From the sequence record OP889247.1: a DNA stretch of 64,000 bases; one strand, written 5' to 3'. The notes under the pieces are model-generated. The model worked only from the letters and a program-made list of their open reading frames with translations. It had not been told where the DNA came from and ran no database searches. A program made the translations under genes and the position numbers. The stretch's first letter is position 1, and every line of letters starts with the position of its first letter. Positions 1 through 9,246 of this stretch are shown here, piece by piece.

Positions 1-348
1 CCAGTTTTTAATGAAATCCCCGATATACTGTTGTATTTTTCTTATTATGGAAAAACAATTAATGTGTCATGGGATGGGGTTAATGTTAATGTTTCGGGAA
101 ATACGGAATTAAATAAAGAGATTGAGACTTGTCTAATTGACATCGGAAAGGGTTTAGTTTTATCCTACGATCCAAACATCATTACTGTTGATAGTTCTTT
201 ATTAGAAGGTTCAATAGATTTCAAGAAGGGATTATCAATCCGTGATAATCCATACAAGAATAAAGAACAAATAAAAAATGATGACTGGATTTACGGCTGG
301 GAACTTGCCAAATCTTTTAATCCAGATTCAATATTAAAATTTAATTAA
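1..348 (+). CDS. hypothetical protein, 5'-truncated by window edge
   Basis: Frame is open from base 1 (PVFNEIPDILLYF...) to TAA at 346-348; followed by a long hairpin. Confidence 0.7.
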   Translation, partial: PVFNEIPDILLYFSYYGKTINVSWDGVNVNVSGNTELNKEIETCLIDIGKGLVLSYDPNIITVDSSLLEGSIDFKKGLSIRDNPYKNKEQIKNDDWIYGWELAKSFNPDSILKFN

Positions 349-352
349 TTTA

Positions 353-386
353 AACTCTACTTACTCCTAAGGGAGTAAGTAGAGTT
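353..386. terminator. hairpin at convergent gene junction (likely bidirectional terminator)
   Basis: AACTCTACTTACTCC-TAAG-GGAGTAAGTAGAGTT, 15-bp stem. Confidence 0.75.
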
Positions 387-389
387 ATT

Positions 390-3300
390 TTACCTTTTCA
401 TTTCGATATTAACAGTTGTATCCCAACTACGTTCGGTGTCTGTTAAAATCACCCTTAGTTGTGTTTTACCTATTTTACCAGTACTTCCAACATTTATTCT
501 ATATTTACTGTTTTCTATTAATTTAATTTTACTATTAATAGTTGTGATAAACGTTGGATCAAAATCAACTCTTCCGATTTCTATGGCTTCAAGGGAAACA
601 TCTGGTTCATTGTATTTATCCAACTTAACAGTAAAATCTATATCCGAATTCACATTTAGTACCGCTATTCCGTCAGATACTTTCGAAACTTTTGGAATAA
701 CCGGATTTACCTCAATATTAGTTACGTCGGAACTCACGGTAACACCGCCCAAGTTTACACTTATAATAAATCCACCGTTACCACCCAGATGACTTAACAT
801 TAAGTGTGATTGATAAATACCGTTTACGGGATCAATAAGTTCTATAAAGTTATCCGTCCCAATAATGGTCGGTAAATTATTTTCTCCATTCTCATAACCC
901 ACACCTGCTGTTCTAGCATTGTAGATATAAGACCCAGTTTGATCTTTTAGTTTATACAAAATAACTTGCTTGGTACTAGCCGTAAAGTTCTTAGTTAGTA
1001 ATTCAACAGTTATCCCTGTAATGACCTTCCTTGTTACCTGTACTAATCCCCCTATTTCCTTCCTATATAAACTAACTCCATCTAATAATCTAACTTCCAA
1101 ATCTATTTCAGAAATATCAACTTCTCCCATAGAAACTGACTTAGTAGTTTCTAAAATTATTCCATCTGGTTCAATTGATTTAACTAAAACTTCTGAGGAA
1201 CTTAATTTTACATTTACAGTTATTCTAGGATCTGTTAACAAAACAAAATTTCCATTATAACTAACTGAAACATTAAGCTTTTTACTTAAGTACGATTCAA
1301 TACTAACCTTTCCGTCCATATTGACTTTCAACGGATAAGAAGGTTGGATATCACTGTTTACTAACAACTCACCGATATCATCAGGATTAATTCTATCATT
1401 GAACTTCAATACTGATGCCGTTGAGCCTTGTTCCACTAAACTATAACCAATAGTAATAAACTGTTCAGTTACTTTCTTCAGTGGATTAAAATTGATATTA
1501 GGATACAAAGTTGACAACTCAGGTTTATATCGAACCCTGGTATTTATCCGATCACGTTTATTGTAAACGCAAACATCAAATTCCCCAGTTTCCAATTCCC
1601 TTCCTTCCAAGTCTTTAGATTTAGGTAACAAAACCAAATCAGGTCCAGTGTAACCTAAAATCTCAAACTCCTGTTCCCAAGAGAAGTCCTTCTCAATCCC
1701 ATCTACCAAAACTTTAAATTTGAAATTAACTTTCTTATTAGTAGTTACACTTTCACCATCAACAACGATCCAAGTTTCCTGAATAGTCCAAGGATCAAAG
1801 CTCATTATTACTGGAGATGTTTCGCTGTCCTCAATAGTTACATCTCTAACTTTATCACTTGACTCATTACCATTAATATAAACTTGAAATGGTAAAGGTC
1901 CTTTCTGATAACGTTCAACAGATTTATTGAAACTATTCCTAGGTCTAAGATCTACGGTAGAAACTTTAATAACTTCTACATTTAACTTATCAGTTCTAGA
2001 GTAAAGTTCTCCATTACTAGCGGGATACTTTAATCCAAAGTTAATAGTGTCAGTAATAATCATTCCAGGTAAATTAGAATCCTGAACAATCTCATATCCA
2101 AAACGCTCTGTATCGACGTCTGTGACATTTATCAGTTGTCTTTGACCTACCAGGCCAATATTAACTCCGCATTTATTTAAAGCAATTGGGGAGTCTTTTA
2201 ACTTAACCTGATAAGTTATACTTCCAATGTCACCTTTCTCACCTTTAATTAAAACTGGTTCTAAGTTAACTAACTCTAACTGATCCTGTTCGCCTAAAGG
2301 TTTAACTATTTCCAACTCTACAAATAAGTTACCTTTATTACCCTGATGACTAAACTCGCCAATAATTAGATCGTTGAAACTAGAGTTGTGATCGGGAAGA
2401 ATAGTAGTCGGTACACCTGTGTAAAGTAACCCATCTTTCCAAGTTTTATCTAAGGTGTATTTGTCATTAGTGAGCTTACATGTTAGCCAACTAGGGTAAA
2501 CATCAGGAATAACATTTTCACTATTTACTTGACACTTAACAACTATTCCTAGTTTATACAAAGTAGAAGTTCTAATACTTTCAGTTTGGGTAATTACTTT
2601 TAGTTCAGATACTTCATCTTGATTAATCGTAAAACTAACTGTAACGACTTTAGAGAAGACATAATCATCGTGGACTACATTGATGCCAATTTCTACTTCA
2701 TCGCTTAATACGGAGCTTACAGAGCCTTTCACAAAGGTGAAAATACTCTCAAGTTTATTAGGAGATTGTTTTCCAGAAATATAACCATTTTTACTTCTGT
2801 AAGTTAATTCCGTTTTAGCTGTTACATCAACACCATCAACTGTAAACAAGTTAGTGAAACGTAACTCATCACCCCGTTTACCAATTAATGTACTAGGGAA
2901 ATTATCGGTAACCGTATTCTTATCTAACTGGTCTTGAACTAACTCTTCAACAAATAAGTGAACAGGTTCTACTCCTACTGAATCATCAGTAACCAATACA
3001 CCACCAGATGTTAAGCCACTCTTACTAATATGAGTTTCATCTTCCCGATAAAACTCCGATTGTTCAAAGAACACATGACCCATTAATTCATTGAATTTAG
3101 CTAACCCAAAAGCTTCCTCGTGCTTAACACAATAACCTAGAGCATTTCTCCAAACTAAGTTAAGTAGTTTACCTTGTACTTCTTTCCTATTAAACTTATT
3201 CTTGAAATCAGTTAATGTATTACAAACAACGACTTCTCGATTAAAGTCTTTAGCAATAGTTAACATACTAACAGTAGAAACTGGAATATCTACCCTAGCG

Positions 3301-3572
3301 AATGACTTATCACGCTTCACTAAACAGATCTTCTTAGAACCATCATCGTCAGTATAGACAGACTCTATCATAAAGTCTTCTGGTTTCAAATCAGAGTAAC
3401 GAGTATCTGCAAGATGACGTTCTACTAAATTACCTTGTTCGTTTACAATTTCATGTCTTTGTTTAAAGAACTGTTTCACAATAGAAAATAAAGGATCATT
3501 TATCTTCTTTGGGAATACCTTATGTTCATTAGCTACCATAACGTAGTTTCCTTTGGCTTTAAGGATAGTCAA
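390..3572 (-). CDS. large beta-rich (Ig-like repeat type) putative virion/tail-fibre protein with N-terminal DP..G..RY module
   Basis: 1060-aa ORF, V/I/T-rich alternating beta pattern; N-terminus aligns with ORFs 11316-11915 and 21125-21904; function is inference. Confidence 0.55.
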   Translation of the reverse strand: MTILKAKGNYVMVANEHKVFPKKINDPLFSIVKQFFKQRHEIVNEQGNLVERHLADTRYSDLKPEDFMIESVYTDDDGSKKICLVKRDKSFARVDIPVSTVSMLTIAKDFNREVVVCNTLTDFKNKFNRKEVQGKLLNLVWRNALGYCVKHEEAFGLAKFNELMGHVFFEQSEFYREDETHISKSGLTSGGVLVTDDSVGVEPVHLFVEELVQDQLDKNTVTDNFPSTLIGKRGDELRFTNLFTVDGVDVTAKTELTYRSKNGYISGKQSPNKLESIFTFVKGSVSSVLSDEVEIGINVVHDDYVFSKVVTVSFTINQDEVSELKVITQTESIRTSTLYKLGIVVKCQVNSENVIPDVYPSWLTCKLTNDKYTLDKTWKDGLLYTGVPTTILPDHNSSFNDLIIGEFSHQGNKGNLFVELEIVKPLGEQDQLELVNLEPVLIKGEKGDIGSITYQVKLKDSPIALNKCGVNIGLVGQRQLINVTDVDTERFGYEIVQDSNLPGMIITDTINFGLKYPASNGELYSRTDKLNVEVIKVSTVDLRPRNSFNKSVERYQKGPLPFQVYINGNESSDKVRDVTIEDSETSPVIMSFDPWTIQETWIVVDGESVTTNKKVNFKFKVLVDGIEKDFSWEQEFEILGYTGPDLVLLPKSKDLEGRELETGEFDVCVYNKRDRINTRVRYKPELSTLYPNINFNPLKKVTEQFITIGYSLVEQGSTASVLKFNDRINPDDIGELLVNSDIQPSYPLKVNMDGKVSIESYLSKKLNVSVSYNGNFVLLTDPRITVNVKLSSSEVLVKSIEPDGIILETTKSVSMGEVDISEIDLEVRLLDGVSLYRKEIGGLVQVTRKVITGITVELLTKNFTASTKQVILYKLKDQTGSYIYNARTAGVGYENGENNLPTIIGTDNFIELIDPVNGIYQSHLMLSHLGGNGGFIISVNLGGVTVSSDVTNIEVNPVIPKVSKVSDGIAVLNVNSDIDFTVKLDKYNEPDVSLEAIEIGRVDFDPTFITTINSKIKLIENSKYRINVGSTGKIGKTQLRVILTDTERSWDTTVNIEMKR

Positions 3573-3605
3573 AACATCTTTATTTTATTTTTCAATTGAG
3601 TTTAC

Positions 3606-3706
3606 TATATTATAACTGACTAGGAAACCCCGGTTAGCCCGGTAGGGCAATTTGTTTGTTATATAGCGGAATGAACGTAGTGAATGACATCCTTCTTTAT
3701 TTAATC
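3606..3706 (+). ncRNA. structured non-coding element, copy A (ncRNA or ssDNA signal; function unknown)
   Basis: Intergenic; near-duplicate of 39069-39161 with two conserved hairpins showing compensatory variation. Confidence 0.5.
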
Positions 3707-3732
3707 TTTAATATTTATTTTTCTACTTCCAA

Positions 3733-3756
3733 ATATTTTCAAACATATATTATTAA
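3733..3756 (+). promoter_or_regulatory. phage promoter motif, probably early/vRNAP
   Basis: ATATTTTCAAACATATATTATTAA; one of 8 copies, each upstream of a + strand gene block; resembles the phiKZ early TATATTAC element. Confidence 0.7.
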
Positions 3757-3800
3757 GATGAAAGAGTAACAATGTTAATTAAATCTAGGAGAAGAAAGAT

Positions 3801-4328
3801 ATGACTTTAATTGAAAGATTAGAAACTAGCGGCGATGTGGAAGAAAGTTGGTTTTATTATACCCCCTTACTGACATCGGGCACGCAAGAGGGTAGAGTAG
3901 TTAAGGTTGTTGTGACCGAGGAAAGTATGTGCGAAAATCAGTTTAAACTTCCTATTGTAATACATAGTCTCTCTTGTTCTCATAACTACATGTATATAGA
4001 AGAATCTAAAGCCGGGTATGGGTTTCTCTTTAGTAATGAACCAATATCCATTATGGATATATTTTTAGTAGATCATAAGAGTGCGTTCAACCAGTACGGT
4101 TTCTGGGGAACCATTATCCATGGTCTAGGTTTACTGACGTTAAAACAGACCCATAAAAACATAAAGAAATTTATCCAGTCTAACCAATCTAAACCTATTG
4201 TTACCAATAAAGAGCAAGTTAAGAAGACTTACACGTTTGATCAGATTAAACATCTGGTTAAAGTTGTTCGTGGTGACTTGGATGATGAGATAATTAAACA
4301 GGTCTTGGAGTTGGAGCAATGGAAATAA
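3801..4328 (+). CDS. hypothetical protein
   Basis: 175-aa ORF, AGGAG SD, first gene after promoter motif. Confidence 0.8.
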   Translation: MTLIERLETSGDVEESWFYYTPLLTSGTQEGRVVKVVVTEESMCENQFKLPIVIHSLSCSHNYMYIEESKAGYGFLFSNEPISIMDIFLVDHKSAFNQYGFWGTIIHGLGLLTLKQTHKNIKKFIQSNQSKPIVTNKEQVKKTYTFDQIKHLVKVVRGDLDDEIIKQVLELEQWK

Positions 4329-4684
4329 CTAAAGCTATGTTAAATATGCCCGGATGGGTATTCAGTGGTTTGTTCTATGGTTATCCGCTTTGTTGTATTA
4401 AAGAGTTTAGTGAATTAAAACACCTGCATTTAGATCATTTTAAACTCATAGGAACTGGGTATGTTCCTTGTTCAAAATGTCGATCAAAGAGTAAAGCTGA
4501 GCTGATTAAAGTAATCACTGACAATCGCTTTGATCCTAAACCTTTCCCAGAACAATCTGAATGGGGTGAAAGAGAACAGTTCGTTAAGCAGTTGATAAAG
4601 GAAGGTCTTCCTGATAAATGGAAGATTTTACAACCAGTGTTAAATGAATTAATTAAGAATCGTAAATTAGCTAAAAATAAATAA
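4319..4684 (+). CDS. Cys-rich hypothetical protein (GYPxCC...PCxxC), probable metal binder
   Basis: 121-aa ORF overlapping upstream stop; motifs GLFYGYPLCC and GYVPCSKC. Confidence 0.7.
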   Translation: MEITKAMLNMPGWVFSGLFYGYPLCCIKEFSELKHLHLDHFKLIGTGYVPCSKCRSKSKAELIKVITDNRFDPKPFPEQSEWGEREQFVKQLIKEGLPDKWKILQPVLNELIKNRKLAKNK

Positions 4685-4704
4685 CTTAGTCTAGGGGAAG
4701 AAAA

Positions 4705-5148
4705 ATGTACAAAGCTGATAATCTTGAAGTAACTCTGGGTCAGGTTGATGTTCGTGTTGATCTTTCTGCTCCGCAGGATAGTGTCACTGGTCGTGTTCTT
4801 CATAAACTGATGTATAATAATACCTCTTTGTATGAGCTCGCACCTAACCCATCTGGTTGTCCTCACAATGGTGGTGAACATACCCTTTCTATCACAGGGT
4901 CTCAGGTAGACATTAATGCTTGGTTGGATTTGTTAAGTGAAACCTACTCAGAAGTAAGAATAATGGTCATTAGCGTTAAACGCAAGATCCATAAGGAGTT
5001 TCTGTCTGGTGAATGGCGTAAGTACAACCGAATTAATGTGAAGCTTAAAGATCTTCAATATCTGGAACAGAAACCTCATCAAGACAAACTTGTTGCCGTT
5101 AAATGGTTCCAGAGTAAAGTCGAGAAGTTTGTTCCTGGTAATAAGTGA
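4705..5148 (+). CDS. hypothetical protein
   Basis: 147-aa ORF with GGGGA SD, tiles the operon. Confidence 0.75.
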   Translation: MYKADNLEVTLGQVDVRVDLSAPQDSVTGRVLHKLMYNNTSLYELAPNPSGCPHNGGEHTLSITGSQVDINAWLDLLSETYSEVRIMVISVKRKIHKEFLSGEWRKYNRINVKLKDLQYLEQKPHQDKLVAVKWFQSKVEKFVPGNK

Positions 5149-5176
5149 TGAGATATGTAGTCTAGGAGAGAATACC

Positions 5177-5977
5177 ATGTTTTCAAGAAATAAAGATATT
5201 TTTGTTTATTCCAGTTATTGGAGAACTTGGTCACGTGTTCTGTTGAGAATGGGTGGTAAGTTCAATTATCAACTGGAAGTTGATGTGACACCTGTTAATG
5301 AACAGTATAAGGAATCTTGGGAACAAACCAAGAATATTCGTATTCGTCGTCACTGCACTGTACATGGACCGAGAGATGTCTATACTCATGATCTTCCTGA
5401 TGAAGTCGTAGAGAATATGAATAAACACATCTCTCAGGAAGCTATTGATGTTATTCTTCACTCTGATCTCTACAATCTGATCGATTGGGAACGTTTTGAT
5501 GATCTCCACAATGCAAACGGTGGTGGAGTACATCTCCTTGATTGTATTAAAACCATTACTCCTATCTTTAGATTAGGGTACGCTAATGATCAAGGTAGTG
5601 ACGTTATTAATGGTGATGTTGAATCTTTTTGCAATAAACTCAAAGAAGATTTTGGTAGAGAAATCAACAATAACGAAAGATTAGTCACCGGTTGGATTGA
5701 AATTCAATCTCAAGGTACCGTTTGTATTTACATTACCAGAGATAAAGTGACCGAGGTTTCTACAACACACTTTATAGTCAAGGATAGAAATACCCAATAT
5801 TACGTAAATGCTTTCATGGTTAAGTTCCCCAGTGACTGGTATTATGAAATTAAAGGTCTTGTAGATCAGTTGCTAGGTGGGTATATTGACAAACTGGAAA
5901 TTAATGGCGAGGTCGATACTTATATTGACCAAGCTAAACTTATTTTGGAATACGATATGCTGTGGGGATTAGTATAG
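5177..5977 (+). CDS. hypothetical protein
   Basis: ORF track starts at 5090; start moved to ATG 5177 after AGGAGAG SD. Confidence 0.75.
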   Translation: MFSRNKDIFVYSSYWRTWSRVLLRMGGKFNYQLEVDVTPVNEQYKESWEQTKNIRIRRHCTVHGPRDVYTHDLPDEVVENMNKHISQEAIDVILHSDLYNLIDWERFDDLHNANGGGVHLLDCIKTITPIFRLGYANDQGSDVINGDVESFCNKLKEDFGREINNNERLVTGWIEIQSQGTVCIYITRDKVTEVSTTHFIVKDRNTQYYVNAFMVKFPSDWYYEIKGLVDQLLGGYIDKLEINGEVDTYIDQAKLILEYDMLWGLV

Positions 5978-5979
5978 TA

Positions 5980-6507
5980 ATGAGTGAATTAGAACAAGAG
6001 TTGTCTTTAATTCTTTCTGAATCGGTTGGGGTAAGATCCCCAACCTCTACGGATTGTCAACTTATCGAATACATCGGTAAGGACACACCAAAGAACGTAA
6101 CGTCTTTCAATATAGATAAACCCGTTCTAACACCGGAACAGGAACTTATAAAGAAAGATCTGTTGAATCGACTGGGACTTATTCCACCAGGAGTAACTGT
6201 TTCTATTAAGTCACTTGGATTAGATAAAGAAGAACTAGTAGAGTTGTTTAAACATTTGACTATCACTGGTTCTACTATTCCTAATCGTTCTGTGGTTGAA
6301 CAACCTAAACTGGAGTTCTTCTATACCAATTACAAAGGTAATGAAGAAAGAAGGGTGGTTTCAACCAAAGTCCACATCTGGCATGGTGTATCAAAATACC
6401 ATAAAGATAAACAACATTTCTTAAGAGCTTACGATTACGATCGTGAAGGAATAAGAGATTTTGCTATGCCGGATATTTCTTGTTTCTTACAAGTTCCTGG
6501 ATACTGA
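5980..6507 (+). CDS. WYL-domain protein
   Basis: C-terminal LEFFYTNYKGNEERRVV...HFLRAYDYDREGIRDFAMPDI fits the WYL pattern (Y..G..R.v...wyL.A.D..R...R.F....I); start moved to ATG 5980. Confidence 0.7.
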   Translation: MSELEQELSLILSESVGVRSPTSTDCQLIEYIGKDTPKNVTSFNIDKPVLTPEQELIKKDLLNRLGLIPPGVTVSIKSLGLDKEELVELFKHLTITGSTIPNRSVVEQPKLEFFYTNYKGNEERRVVSTKVHIWHGVSKYHKDKQHFLRAYDYDREGIRDFAMPDISCFLQVPGY

Positions 6508-6508
6508 T

Positions 6509-6937
6509 ATGAACATATTTAGTTTACAACATCAGTTGTTGTTTTATAAGAAAATGGAGTTGTGGGTAAAGTTAAAGAAAACTAAAACGCAACTTGCTAT
6601 TCTCTTATATAAAGAGAAACTCCATAAGCTAATCTTTGGGGAGCGTGTTAGATTTGTTCTAGCGACATGGGATTGGAAAGAGATTACATATCCTAATGGT
6701 CAAGTGATCAAGTATCGTAAAGTTTCTTGGTTCTGGACATATCAGCGTTTTGATTTTTCAGAAAAAGAGATCACTGCCGGTTATCAGTTAGATGGGGAAG
6801 ATGGATATTATCTTGCCAATGTAGAACCGGAACAATTTCAAAACCATTTACTATATATGGAAGACATTTATAGTAAAGTCGATAATCTTTGTATCAGATT
6901 GGGTATTCTGATTGGTCAAATGGAGAAAAGGAAATGA
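6509..6937 (+). CDS. hypothetical protein
   Basis: In-frame ATG 6509 directly after upstream stop. Confidence 0.7.
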   Translation: MNIFSLQHQLLFYKKMELWVKLKKTKTQLAILLYKEKLHKLIFGERVRFVLATWDWKEITYPNGQVIKYRKVSWFWTYQRFDFSEKEITAGYQLDGEDGYYLANVEPEQFQNHLLYMEDIYSKVDNLCIRLGILIGQMEKRK

Positions 6938-7392
6938 ATGTGGTAGAAAAATCGTTCAAAGAGTTGATGAGTGATATCCAGGGATTTGCACCAATTCATG
7001 TTCGAGATATCATTATTGAAACTTTGAAAAACATCACTCATCAAAGTTTTGGTGATAAGAATATCTTTGAAAGCTCTTTGGTGAATTTTAAAGAACGTGT
7101 TAAGTACAAGTACGAAACGTTTCCCAATCAACTCACCGAAGTGCAGTATGGTGAAATGACCGATTACCAAGGTTTTTACTCAGAGTTTATTTCCGGACTT
7201 TCCATCCCATTAATTTCACCAAAATGGTCTGTAGGAAGTAGAGCAAGATTGGTTATTGCTATTCCTGATGATCTCCCTATCCCACAAATCTCAGTTCAGT
7301 TTTATGTTGACAATGTTGATAAATGGGTTTCTGTTCCTTGTCGGACAAACACTGTGAAAGAAACCATCATGAATTTGTTTCCTCAAGAATAA
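6934..7392 (+). CDS. hypothetical protein
   Basis: ATGA overlap with upstream gene, AAGGA SD. Confidence 0.75.
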   Translation: MNVVEKSFKELMSDIQGFAPIHVRDIIIETLKNITHQSFGDKNIFESSLVNFKERVKYKYETFPNQLTEVQYGEMTDYQGFYSEFISGLSIPLISPKWSVGSRARLVIAIPDDLPIPQISVQFYVDNVDKWVSVPCRTNTVKETIMNLFPQE

Positions 7393-7403
7393 AGGATAAA
7401 GTA

Positions 7404-7937
7404 ATGGAAAAGTTTGATAGTGTAGTTCCTGTAGACCAATCTCTTTTCGCCAAGAATTTTCCATTTCAAGTACCGTTGATCGATAGTGTTAGCCAAAATA
7501 CGGAACTTGATCTGGAAATAGATTTCACGCTTTACCAGTTATCCTTTAAGAACATTATCTTTGGTTTGGTTGCTGTTAACAATAAGACCAGTGATGATCT
7601 AGCTGAACTACAATCACAAGTTTGTGGTATTAAGAAGTACAAACATCCTTTCCACGATGCTGTCCGTATTAGTCCGGTATCCGATCGTTATGGTTATAAG
7701 TGGTTGGGCCAAGCTATTGCCAATTACGTAGGGCAATCTCCGATCCAGGTTTACTCTTACATTAACCCTGATCAGAGTGTTGGGATGTTGATGTGTTGTC
7801 CTCGTAAGGCTTTGCGTAAAGGGTTTGTTAACGCAGCAGTTTGGCAAGGTGTGAATGACCTTGATGGTGTAAAGTTTGGTAAATACATTTACCCAATACT
7901 GGAAGCAGGTGGGTTCACTAGTGTAGAAAAGGTTTAA
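7404..7937 (+). CDS. hypothetical protein
   Basis: In-frame ATG 7404 after AAGGA SD. Confidence 0.75.
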   Translation: MEKFDSVVPVDQSLFAKNFPFQVPLIDSVSQNTELDLEIDFTLYQLSFKNIIFGLVAVNNKTSDDLAELQSQVCGIKKYKHPFHDAVRISPVSDRYGYKWLGQAIANYVGQSPIQVYSYINPDQSVGMLMCCPRKALRKGFVNAAVWQGVNDLDGVKFGKYIYPILEAGGFTSVEKV

Positions 7938-7951
7938 TAATTATCAATATC

Positions 7952-7979
7952 CTCTCTAACCGAACATTCGGTTAGAGAG
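7952..7979 (+). terminator. intergenic hairpin
   Basis: CTCTCTAACCGAA-CA-TTCGGTTAGAGAG followed by ATTTATTT. Confidence 0.6.
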
Positions 7980-8006
7980 ATTTATTTAAATATAGGAGAG
8001 AAAGAT

Positions 8007-8510
8007 ATGTTGCAACAAGTATGTGTCCACCAAGGTAAACGTCATCGTTATTTCATTATGGAACACCAGAATGTTCCTACTTTCGTTAAAGCTGTTAAAG
8101 AGTGTAAAGGTGATGATATTTATGTCACTGGTGCTATCGAAGGTGTCGACTTACATAAACGGTTCGTATCTGCGCATTACAAACTTTGTTTTAGCGTTGA
8201 ACTGGGATTTGGGATTTTAGCTTATGGACTAAAAGAAGCCGACGGTATGGGTATTCCAGGGTTTATCAATAAACACACAGATTGTCGTGAGAGTGTTAAT
8301 AAACTAGGTATTGCGGAGTTTATTCGCCAAGGTGAAATGAAGTTCCTACTGGGTACTGAAGATCAAGCAACATTTGACTTCAGCGAAGTATCTGATGATA
8401 AGTTTCTTGACAGAGTAATCGTTGATAAGATTGACGAAACTTTACGTAAAGAAGGTCTCCAGCTAACTCCTTCCCAAATCCTAGTACTCAATAAATATAT
8501 TAAGGACTGA
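8007..8510 (+). CDS. hypothetical protein
   Basis: 167-aa ORF, AGGAGAG SD. Confidence 0.8.
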   Translation: MLQQVCVHQGKRHRYFIMEHQNVPTFVKAVKECKGDDIYVTGAIEGVDLHKRFVSAHYKLCFSVELGFGILAYGLKEADGMGIPGFINKHTDCRESVNKLGIAEFIRQGEMKFLLGTEDQATFDFSEVSDDKFLDRVIVDKIDETLRKEGLQLTPSQILVLNKYIKD

Positions 8511-8513
8511 GAC

Positions 8514-8918
8514 ATGAATGAGAAAGAAAAAGGAATCTTAATTATTCATTCACCCACAGATATTGAAAAAAGTAAAGTATTGCAGTATGTTGGTGAAAGA
8601 AGGATTGGTAATGGAGTGGAGACTACACCTGTCATTCATCTTGACCGATTAAAACCAGAAGAAGCTGACAATTTGGGATTGATTATGGAACCTAGTGGTC
8701 AGATTACAGTTAAGCAACCTGTAGTTTTATCTGGTACAGGAACAGTAACTTCGATGGGTAATATAATAAACGCACAGTTAAGAATGGTTAATGAAGTTTG
8801 TAAATCGATCGGTAAGTTATTTAAAGAGAGTGGTTATGAGGGTTGTCGGACTCCTGCTCCTTTTCGTAATGACAAAGGTATATACAGGCAACATAAACGT
8901 CAAAGGAAACATAAATGA
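8514..8918 (+). CDS. hypothetical protein with basic C-terminus
   Basis: 134-aa ORF ending RQHKRQRKHK. Confidence 0.75.
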   Translation: MNEKEKGILIIHSPTDIEKSKVLQYVGERRIGNGVETTPVIHLDRLKPEEADNLGLIMEPSGQITVKQPVVLSGTGTVTSMGNIINAQLRMVNEVCKSIGKLFKESGYEGCRTPAPFRNDKGIYRQHKRQRKHK

Positions 8919-9178
8919 GAATAAGAGAATACATTATCTTGTTCTGTGGTTCGGTTATGTTATTTGGGTTATTACCAAACTTAATAAATAAAACTGGTAA
9001 AGAGTTTGAAGTTACTCTATTTATATTTGGGATGTTTGCTCTTTGCCTAATGTTAACTTGCGCTACTTACTATATAGAGTGGTTAATAAGAAAAGAGAAT
9101 AGAAGGAGTTTAAGAAAAGATCGGAAAGATATTACTGAAAATCTTAATCTATTAAACGATTTTTGTAATAAGGATTAA
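8915..9178 (+). CDS. small membrane protein (2 TM)
   Basis: ATGA overlap; two hydrophobic stretches then basic tail. Confidence 0.7.
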   Translation: MRIREYIILFCGSVMLFGLLPNLINKTGKEFEVTLFIFGMFALCLMLTCATYYIEWLIRKENRRSLRKDRKDITENLNLLNDFCNKD

Positions 9179-9246
9179 GATCCAAATAGTTTTAGATAGA
9201 TATTATTTAAGTGACATTCAACCATAATGTTTAAGGATTCTAGGAT

